From Laetmonice hystrix (taxonomy: Eukaryota), in the NCBI GenBank assembly GCA_965235115.1, contig OZ249436.1, forward strand, positions 9,300,001 to 9,364,000: a DNA stretch of 64,000 nucleotides. The letters run 5' to 3'. Under the pieces are notes generated by a model. The model was not told the origin of the DNA. It did not search any database and worked only from the letters and a program-made list of their open reading frames with translations. Position numbers and translations under genes: made by a program. Positions within the stretch are counted from its first letter, which is position 1. Every line of letters starts with the position of its first letter. Below, in pieces: positions 12,612 through 22,443 of the stretch.

Positions 12612-12811
12612 CATAGGCGGCGGAAAGGGGGCACTGCCCCAATAATTTTATTGGGGGGCATGCCCCCATAATCCTAGGGCTTTTGTAGATTTCTTATGGC
12701 ATATTATTGATTATTCCTAGATCTGTTTTTGTATCTATATGATACAACCATGTTCCACTACCTCAAAATGTCCCCCACCCCCCAAATATAGTATCTGTTC
12801 CGCCGCTACTG
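12612..12811. mobile_element. Short MITE-like insertion in TARP intron 3, 200 bp
   Basis: Imperfect TIRs CATAGGCGGCGGAA / TTCCGCCGCTACTG (11/14) and a subterminal near-palindrome CCCCAATAATTTTATTGGGG; no exact TSD (gattt/gatta). Confidence 0.55.
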
Positions 12812-12994
12812 GATTAAACGGACCTGTATACTGGAAGTATTAATGTCTATGTAGTGTAACTACCGGTCCTCCATGCAGAAATACAAAGAACTGTTGTTGT
12901 GTTATTGGATGGAAAAGGAAATAGTAATTCCATGGCAGGTGTGCAACAGAAAGAGAACGTAGATTAAAATATCTGCATGATTTAGAAAACTTAC

Positions 12995-13135
12995 CTCCTA
13001 CGACGTAGAGGATTCCCGCCACGAACGTGAGCACCTTCCGTTTGTGATTGCAATGTCCCAGAAAGCAGACGATTTCGCCCACAAGCAGGATGAGTAAGCT
13101 TATGAGAGGAAATAACGTTGACCGCCGCATGGATA
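12995..13135 (-). CDS. CACNG: TARP/CACNG internal coding exon (TM2 to start of TM3)
   Basis: Acceptor gtttttag|TA at 13136/13135; donor GAG|gtaagt at 12995/12994; 141 nt, phase 1-1. Encodes SMRRSTLFPLISLLILLVGEIVCFLGHCNHKRKVLTFVAGILYVVG and joins in frame (G+GT=Gly) to the terminal exon. Confidence 0.95.
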
Positions 13136-14019
13136 CTAAAAACATAACAGAGACAAAAGACAATTATCCAAGCGTCTAACGAAAACAATACTTTTATCAT
13201 GACAACTTACGGTCGTGCGCCGGGGCTGAATTTAGCGTAGTCGAAAGAGTCGGCCTGAGGAGAGAAAGGGAGTGAGAAAGGGCATTGAAAAAACGATGTC
13301 TATCGCGAACATGCTGGCGCCAGCCATACAACTCCATACCAAAGGCACAGCCTTCGGTTTTGGATTAATTTCGACCGAATAATATGTCACGCACCTGTCT
13401 CCTTCGAACCGCAAGGATGATGACCATGTAATTCAGCAATCTTTAACCGTCGTCTTTCGTTTATAAAATGATCAATATTACTCTTCTTCGCGGAGACTGT
13501 TTTGGCCGTAATGCAGGCGTATTGATTACCAGCGTTGGGCGCCATAACCACAGCCACTGAGACTGCACCGTACAGCCCGGTAGAGGGCGCGCTGGTCGAT
13601 GATGGTTCATCCCAACAGACATTGCACTCACCATCAGCCAAATAAAGTCGTCGAACGCCGTCTCATCTTGCGTGCACGCCACACCTTCTAAAACCATTTG
13701 TAGCTCTTGAATTTGAAGGTACGTGGTATCGATTGGTATTCAACGAACGTGACCTTCTCTTTGTATTATACATGTGATTATCTGATACGACACTAGGCTC
13801 CGAGACATTACAGCGAATTAGCGGTGCTTGCCATGGTTTATTCAATTCAAATTTTAACGAAATACAATATTTATTGCAAAGTTATAATCGATCTGCATGG
13901 CATAGTACTAATCGAAGTCGTAAAACGTCTGAGAAGTGGGATAGTAGCAATTATTATTTTGGTCTGTCTATCAATGTTTAGATGGGATCGCGTACCCATA
14001 ATTTCCAGTTCTACTGAGT

Positions 14020-14136
14020 CATTTCTAACAGGATAACCCAATGTAGAAGCTCCCAGCATGATGGCACTGGTTGGTAGACATTTCTAACATGTTAACCCAA
14101 TATAGAAGCTCCCAGCATGATGGCACTGGTTGGTAA
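14020..14136. repeat. 59-bp tandem duplication
   Basis: CATTTCTAACA...GCTCCCAGCATGATGGCACTGGTTGGTA at 14020 and 14079. Confidence 0.9.
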
Positions 14137-14284
14137 GACACCTGTGTGGACAACACAGACCTCCGTCAACCAGGGGGCTAGCGACAACCAGGGTCTAACA
14201 GACGGAGGGGGTTCTGACCGGGGGTGGGGGGTGTGGGGGGTGGGGGGTGGGGGTGGAGTGTATTTGTGAACGAAGGTTGCCAGA

Positions 14285-14790
14285 CTATAGTGAAATAGTC
14301 CCATGAACGGTGAATGATACATTAATGAATTAAAGGAAGTCCTATGAATCGTGTGTTACTGATTAGTGAAATAAGGGGAGTGCTTTCATGAACGACTAAG
14401 CTTAATTTAATAAAATAAAGGAAGTGTTCCAGGGAATGAGGAATGATAGATCAGCGAAATAAAGGGATGTTCCCACAAATGATAGATCAGCGAAATAAAG
14501 GGAGTGTTCCCACAAATGATAGATCAGCGAAATAAAGGGAGTGTTCCCACAAATGATAGATCAGCGAAATAAAGGGAGTGTTCCCACAAATGATAGATCA
14601 GCGAAATAAAGGGATGTTCCCACAAATGATAGATCAGCGAAATAAAGGGAGTGCTCCGAGGAATGACAGATTAGTGAAATAAAGGAAGTGTTTCATGGAA
14701 TGAGTAATGATAGGTTAGTGAAATTAAGGAAGTGTTCCAAGGAATGAGGAATGATAGATCAGCGAAATAAAGGGAGTGCTCCGATGAATG
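14285..14790. repeat. Minisatellite, ~37-bp unit, homogeneous core with degenerate flanks
   Basis: Core unit ATGATAGATCAGCGAAATAAAGGGAGTGTTCCCACAA at ~14441-14650; diverged copies on both sides. Confidence 0.9.
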
Positions 14791-14889
14791 ATGACTAAAG
14801 ATCGTGGTTCAATGAGGGGGAATTAGAGAAAATGGAACTGGCCCGATGGTAGTCCTTCTGGCTTAATTTTCTGATATATATAGCAGCGT

Positions 14890-15117
14890 TTGGATTGGTC
14901 CCCAGCTCTGCGTAGTAAAGAGGCAGGGGACCAGTCTAAGTGTATGTCATGCGCACAACGCCACTTCCGTATAACGGGACTTCTGTGTAAAAATGGCTGC
15001 TGCGCTACTCTCCCTCTCTGCGCCTAGCGAGGTGGAGTTTCCGGTCTAGCCCCATGCAGCGTGATTGGCAGAAAATATAGGAACTGCTCCCAGTAAGGGT
15101 GAACGTGAGGCCAATGA
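14890..15117. promoter_or_regulatory. Promoter-like motif cluster inside TARP intron 2
   Basis: CATGCGCA 14948, CACTTCCG (ETS) 14962, AAAATGGCTGC (YY1-like) 14990, CCAAT boxes near 14893(-), 15062(-) and 15111(+). Motif presence only. Confidence 0.3.
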
Positions 15118-16001
15118 ACTAAAGAAGTTGGTTCCATCAAAGGTGACTACCAGAGCAGTTTAAAAAGGGGGTCTTGGGTTCGGTATTAGGCCTACCAAAG
15201 AACTATCATGGGGCCAATATTGATCAATGTTATTTAGCTATATAGTTCAGACTATAAAACAGGTAGAAACAGCATTGACTATAAGGTAGTTATTGGATAC
15301 AAACTTTCTCATCAGGCATGAATGGAATTCGAACCCATAGATGAACTGCCCCGTGATCACCGTACTATGTGGTGCCATTTATTATGGCGTATATTCAGTT
15401 TATCCTAATTAGATTTACACGCCATTTCAGGAACTTGACTGGGGTTATAGGCACTGTACATATAAATACTTTTACTTGCTCCAACTGAAGTATATCTGTT
15501 TAAGTTTGGAATGTAAACGAAGGCATACAGCCTATGGGTCTAAATAATGACATGCACGTCCAGAATTAGCCGTGCTGTTGGAACCAATCTCATCCCTGAG
15601 CGTTAATCCGGCCAGGTTGTAGATTCTCTGCCTATTCAAATCGCTAATCATATTAAGTACAATCATCACCTTCGTCAGTGTAATGATTCGCTGTTAAGTC
15701 AATCAGGTAACCGAGGAGAGAATAATGGGCCCTGATGTTCAACCATTACCCACATGAATACAATGGGTTTCAGTGCAGGGGATTGGACCAAGCGTTATGT
15801 ATAGGTTCCATGTAGGCAATGCGTATATTTTAACCTATAATAATATATTTGGATGAGTTGCCATAGGAGAAGTATGCAGATGTTGCCATCCTGCACATAC
15901 CCTGTGATTATATCTCTCCGTATACTGACATTGTTAGGTGATATATCTTTCCCGTTCCTTGCCACTGGTGTGACGTGACGAGAAAGCCGTACAGTCACGC
16001 C

Positions 16002-16491
16002 GGGTTAGGGCTATCTCGGTACTGCTCAACCGTTCAGCACTCGGCGGGTTAGGGCTATCTCGGTACTGCTCAACCGTTCAGCACTCGGCGGGTTAGGGCT
16101 ATCTCGGTACTGCTCAACCATTCAGCACTCGGCGGGTTAGGGCTATCTCGGTACTGCTCAACCGTTCAGCACTCGGCGGGTTAGGGCTATCTCGGTACTG
16201 CTCAACCGTTCAGCACTCGGCGGGTTAGGGCTATCTCGGTTCTGCTCAACCGTTCAGCACTCGGTGGGTTAGGGCTATCTCGGTACTGCTCAACCGTTCA
16301 GCACTCGGTGGGTTAGGGCTATCTCGGTACTGCTCAACCGTTCAGCACTCGGCGGGTTAGGGCTATCTCGGTACTGCTCAACCGTTCAGCACTCGGCGGG
16401 TTAGGGCTATCTCGGTACTGCTCAACCGTTCAGCACTCGGCGGGTTAGGGCTATCTCGGTCCTGCTCAACCGTTCAGCACTCGGCGGGTTA
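16002..16491. repeat. Minisatellite, 44-bp unit, 11 copies
   Basis: Unit GGGTTAGGGCTATCTCGGTACTGCTCAACCGTTCAGCACTCGGC. Confidence 0.98.
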
Positions 16492-17182
16492 GCACCTAAT
16501 GGAACACTATTCTCCTCAAGCTGAAAAATAAACCCACTTCAGTTGACGTGCAGTCGGCCGTGTTCAACTAGCTCGCCATTTGCCGGCTGTGGCAGAACCT
16601 CCAAGAAAGCTTGAGGCCACCAGGAAATGGCCACCGACTGAGAGGACATATGCTGCATCACAATTAGGGTGTGGAAAACTGCAGCCCAGAAGTGGAAAAT
16701 GGCCGACTGTCAGCCTGGGCTGGCGGGAGGGCGGTCGTGGCGGTGTCCATGTCTTGTCATGGGAGTGGCTGATTACTGACAGTCTCATCCACAACATGCC
16801 GAGATGAGCCAGCTACACAAACGACGAGAAGCCTGACGGATCCATATCAACGCATACACCATTCAACATGTGTTCAACAACACTTTCTTCCAGTATAGGC
16901 CTAATTATAAATTTTTGGGAGAGCAACATATAGCGGTCTCATAGACTACTTCTCGGTGGAACTGTTTCAGTGTTAAGCTACTTTTGGTGTAGCTTAAAGA
17001 GTGCGGAAGAACATTAACCACGAGGAGAACTAGATGAGGATAAATCCGCGTGGTGGTAGGATCGAGGACCTGTGTGGGCTGGTGGACGAAAACCCGTTCT
17101 ACCCACAGCGACCTCACTGACGGAGAACACTGATTTAGACATTCTCCCTCCACTGAGACGGTAAACATGGCGGTGGTTTGTT

Positions 17183-17455
17183 ACCTTGACGATGTTGTTT
17201 TTCATCCAGTATAACCTTGACGATGTTGTTTTTCATCCAATATAACCTTGACGATGTTGTTTTTCATCCAATATAACCTTGACTATGTTGTTTTTCATCC
17301 AGTATAACCTTGACGATGTTGTTTTTCATCCAATATAACCTTGATGTTGTTTTTCATCCAATATAACCTTGACGATGTTGTTTTTCATCCAGTATAACCT
17401 TGACGATGTTGTTTTTCATCCAATATAACCTTGAAGATGTTGTTTTTCATCCAGT
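17183..17455. repeat. Minisatellite, 31-bp unit, ~9 copies
   Basis: Unit ACCTTGACGATGTTGTTTTTCATCCA(G/A)TATA. Confidence 0.96.
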
Positions 17456-20361
17456 GTCTGTCAAACGATGGTGTTGGAACCAGCCATCTCTCCAGTGAGT
17501 TAGCACACGATTTGAACGTGCATTTAATCAGTTGAAGCCACATTGCGTTAAACGTTTAAGCCAATTACAATCCATGGATTATAATCATGCGCTTATCTGA
17601 TCCAGTTAGTGCTATGATGACAAGCCAAGCCTTACACGGCGGCATCTATTGGAGCTCCGCCGACGGCATATATAGGATTAATAACAGATTTCACAATCTC
17701 GGCATACTTGGATCTAGTTTCGCAATTTTCCTTACAAACATTCACTGCGGGAACCGTGTAACCAGACAATATACGCTCGGATTGATCAATGTTAGAATCT
17801 TCACCTAATGGTGTAGTTACAGCGAATTGGTCAGCGAATATAATCACTTAATCTTTCGAGAAGAGGTTAGGCTTTCTGGTCCTAATTAAAGCCATCATTA
17901 TTTTTATTGTCCCTCTTGAAATGATCCTCCGATATTTTCTAACGTATAAGAGTGCATAATATGGGAACTATATCAGTAGTTTTAAAATTTCCCCAAAGAG
18001 GGAACTTTTTGGAGGTCTGGGGGGAATGAGAGCATCTGGCAATTTTTGTTTCTACTCCTAGACGGGCAGATTGAGCATCTCAAATGTGATAGCCATAATT
18101 AGGAATAAAAAAATGATTCTTGCTAGTTTACTGTATTCGGCCTATTGTACACCGTATGGATCCCTGCCTGACCTAGTCACAGAACAATTTTTTCACCGTG
18201 CCAGCTTCGCCAGTATACCCACAGTAACAATGATAAATTCGAATCCAAAGTTTTCCATGATATGCTCCAAAGGTGGGGGAGGGGTAATGCTCTGGTAGTG
18301 GCCAAAGTGGGAAATGATAAGCAAAAGGTTAAGAACCGCTGCATCATTATTTTATACTCAGTTATATAATAAAATAATAAATTTTGCTATATTGATACCA
18401 CCAAAGTAGCTGTGAAATCACCCCAAATGCTACAGTAGGGACCGGTATAAATTTAAATTAGATACGGACCTGTTTTTTAAAGTTGATATGTGCGTCGACT
18501 TCTTACACACATATTTCCAATGATCTATTATCCTTTTTCTTGCGAACAAACTATATTTGATGGTTGCACAATTACAGCCCAAGTTTTCACAGCCGTCAAC
18601 ATTGTCCTTTCATCAAAGCCGTATTTGAAAAGCGAGCTTGTGATCAAAATGAAAAAAGACGCCAAGTGGAAACTCGAACGCCTTGCCAATGTATGTCTTT
18701 TTCATGCTCCTCCGCCTGTATAGATGTGCGGCTTGCTACATCTACTCCTAATAACTCCACTTCAGAACGGTACACCTGGCGACATGTGTGCATTGCTGGT
18801 TTCTATAATCTACAGGAAGCCAGCGTATTCTGTATCCTGGAGAATCACTTCATATACCTGGGAGCACAGCAAGCCGCGCTAGCCTCGTATAGTCGAGAAG
18901 CGACCTTGCTTGGCCTGCAGCTAGCAGTGACCCCTGGTGGAGAAAATGGTCGACATCGCTACACCAACCAAAACATCTTAGGGAGACGAAACCATTAGGC
19001 CTATGTCCACAAATAAAACTAGTTACACAAATAACATTCCTTCTACCCGTAGCCGTTATTCTTTCATTCACTATCATCCTTCTAAAGGAAGCATGGGGGT
19101 AATAATAGTCTACTCAAGGCATAACCTACGTAAGGCGTCTCTGGTATTAGAAACAATTTGCCAGCCTGCATGCTCGAGCTTTCCTTACAGTCGAAAGTTA
19201 TCAAGCACACTTTGTAATCGATTACTATCGATGTCCGCCCGCTGATGCCAACAACAAAATCGATTGTCATTGCCTCGGAATGCTTTGGCGGCCTTTGGTA
19301 GATTAAAACAGGAAGCAACTAATAGAACTTCCGCTTTTGACAGGTGGTAGTTTCGAGAGCTAATTATATGTGCGTCTTCGTGTAGCGGCTAGCATCCGCT
19401 GGTTGAGGTCTGGGGTCACGTCACTGGACTCAAACCATCATGGCCTGACCCAACAACAGTCACCTTTATTTGGGCGACGATAGCGACAAGATGGTGACCT
19501 TGAACTCATCAGTAGAGCTTGCAGACTTATTTAGGACTGCAGTCTTATAGGAGCTTCGGTATTGCGGGGAAAGTATAGACAAGGTCAAATGAGAAGGGCT
19601 CTCAGCGCAAGGTACAGTTATCCTACTAGGAAGTTGTCCTGATATAAGGCAAGGCTCTATGCTCTCCCAAAGACATGTAATTACAGACACCAAAATATCG
19701 GGAAATCGTTGGCTATCAAGGATATTTCAAGGTTATGGGCCCGGTTTTTGAAAATTTACGACTTCGACGTTTATATTTAGCTTAGCCTATACATTGTACT
19801 GCTGGTGTCCTATTTAAACCGATGGCAACCATGAAGCTTAAACTTAAGGTCATGTGCTACACTAAGTCAAACCCACTGCATATCAAAATTATTTATTTTG
19901 ATAGAAAAAAACTAATGTTTCTAGTTTTAAAAAGGTAAAAATATTCATATGTTACCATGCTGACTTTTGTGTGGGCGGTCTATAGAAAATGCACGTTGCT
20001 GTTAATTTGAGTGCACCTAACACTAATTTGGAGGCCACCAGGGTAAACCCAAGGCTTTGCACGGGCATTATTTGGTGATACTTTTCCAAAAAATAACACG
20101 CATGTTTGACCCCACCCATGGAGTTTAAGACTTTTTGGCCCTAGCCTAAAAATTCTGAGACAGCTATCTCCCATGACAACGTCAACCAACTATATAAGGG
20201 CACGCATACATGTGAAAGGGAAACTGTGTCGGGTGAATCTACGCTGGACAGTGATGTATATATAGCCAAAGGGGTCGGCGTGGAACCCTTGCTAACTCTT
20301 CCTACGGTGAAGTACTTCACCCTAAGTTACACGTAAAATATTAAGAGCGAGGATTACTTAC

Positions 20362-20451
20362 ATAATATGGCCTCTGTCGGCCCCAGTCCGTCTCGATCCA
20401 TCGGTCTAAAGTAGTTTATGTAACCGCACGTTATTCGCCGCTTCTCCCTCT
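20362..20451 (-). CDS. CACNG: TARP/CACNG internal coding exon (second half of extracellular loop 1); not in the supplied ORF track
   Basis: Acceptor attttgcag|AG at 20452/20451; donor TAT|gtaagt at 20362/20361; 90 nt, phase 1-1, no stops. Encodes xREKRRITCGYINYFRPMDRDGLGPTEAIL with the C-x-x-I-x-Y/H-F motif of TARP loop 1 and joins in frame (T+TA=Leu) to 13135. Confidence 0.9.
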
Positions 20452-20465
20452 CTGCAAAATCAAAT

Positions 20466-21694
20466 AACGAGAACGTCATTCATACAACTCAACAACACAC
20501 CTATAGGATGGGCAAACTGTAACGAGAACGTCATTCATACAACTCAACAACACATCTATAGGATGGGCAAACTGTAACGAGAACGTCATTCATACAACTC
20601 AACAACACATCTATAGGATGGGCAAACTGTAACGAGAACGTCATTCATACAACTCAACAACACACCTATAGGATGGGCAAACTGTAACGAGAACGTCATT
20701 CATACAACTCAACAACAAACTGTAACGAGAACATCATTCATACAACTCAACAACACACCTATAGGATGGGCAAACTGTAACGAGAACGTCATTCATACAA
20801 CTCAACAACACACCTATAGGATGGGCAAAGTGTAACGAGAACGTCATTCATACAACTCAACAACACACCTATAGGATGGGCAAACTGTAACGAGAACGTC
20901 ATTCATACAACTCAACAACACATCTATAGGATGGGCAAACTGTAACGAGAACATCATCCATACAACTCAACAACACATCTATAGAATGGGAAAACTGTAA
21001 CGAGAACGTCATTCATACAACTCAACAACACATCTATAGGATGGGCAAACTGTAACGAGAACATCATTCATACAACTCAACAACACACCTATAGGATGGG
21101 CAAACTGTAACGAGAACGTCATTCATACAACTCAACAACACATCTATAGGATGGGCAAACTGTAACGAGAACGTCATTCATACAACTCAACAACAAACTG
21201 TAACGAGAACGTCATTCATACAACTCAACAACACATCTATAGGATGGGCAAACTGTAACGAGAACGTCATTCATACAACTCAACAACACATCTATAGGAT
21301 GGGCAAACTGTAACGAGAACGTCATTCATACAACTCAACAACACACCTATAGGATGGGCAAACTGTAACGAGAACGTCATTCATACACCTCACAAACACA
21401 TCTATAGGATGGGCAAACTGTAACGAGAACGTCATTCATACAACTCAACAACAAACTGTAACGAGAACGTCATTCATACAACTCAACAACAAACTGTAAC
21501 GAGAACGTCATTCATACAACTCAACAACAAACTGTAACGAGAACGTCATTCATACAACTCAACAACACACCTATAGGATGGGCAAACTGTAACGAGAACG
21601 TCATTCATACAACTCAACAACAAACTGTAACGAGAACGCCATTCATACAACTCAACAACACACCTAGATTCTATAGGATGAGCAAACTGTAACG
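20466..21694. repeat. Minisatellite with 55-bp and 38-bp unit variants, ~24 units
   Basis: Long unit AAACTGTAACGAGAACGTCATTCATACAACTCAACAACACACCTATAGGATGGGC; short units (20679, 21157, 21415, 21453, 21491, 21584) lack the last 17 nt. Confidence 0.98.
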
Positions 21695-22148
21695 CCTGCC
21701 ACAAACAAGGTCGCTATCGGGGAGACACAAATAGGAGTAGGGCGTGAGTTTCATGGTAAATAGCATACTTAATATATTGATGTGCAACTTGAGTATGTGG
21801 TAAATGAGCCTAGTTCCGGGTGGGACATTCAAGTACCTTGTTGTAATTAGGCCTGCAGACAACATAAGTGCCGCTCTTGACATTGCGTTATAAAAACCCG
21901 ACTTCTTTCAAGACCTTACAAAATCATCGGCTTTCACGATGGTGGCCAGACGCTGCCATCTACGGACTGACAGAGAGGATGCTTGTCCGAACGTGGAAAT
22001 AACAACCTTTGCTAAACTGTCTGAGGTAAGGGACTACATTAGTAACATTCCCGGTTTCACTCACTCGGACATCTGCTTAATGATCGAGGAGCTCTGCTGT
22101 CAGTAACCCCAAGCACACTCGTAAATAACCCGAGCACATTTTGTACTC

Positions 22149-22443
22149 AACTAGTGTACATTAACGTGTACGAATAAATGATATTGGCGTAAACTAGTGT
22201 ACATTAACGTGTACGAATAAATGATATTGGCGTAAACTACTGTGTACATTAACGTGTACGAATAAATGATATTGGCGTAAACTAGTGTACATTAACGTGT
22301 ACGAATAAATGATATTGGCGTAAACTAGTGTACATTAACGTGTACGAATAAATGATATTGGCGTAAACTAGTGTACATTAACGTGTACGAATAAATGATA
22401 TTGGCGTAAACTAGTGTACATTAACGTGTACGAATAAATGATA
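22149..22443. repeat. Minisatellite, 43-bp unit, ~7 copies
   Basis: Unit AACTAGTGTACATTAACGTGTACGAATAAATGATATTGGCGTA. Confidence 0.96.

Noticed and set aside
13632-13687. 56-nt tag|...ATG|gtgagt candidate exon (GVACTQDETAFDDFIWLM)
   Set aside because: Poor pyrimidine tract, phase 1-0 incompatible with neighbouring exons, and the real exon 2 was found at 20362-20451.
15324-15336. B-box-like GGGTTCGAATTCC on the minus strand (tRNA/SINE)
   Set aside because: No A-box or cloverleaf; cannot support a tRNA or SINE call.
17974-18341. Possible hAT-like MITE (CAGTAGTTTT... / ...AAGAACCGCTG)
   Set aside because: TIR match poor and no TSD.
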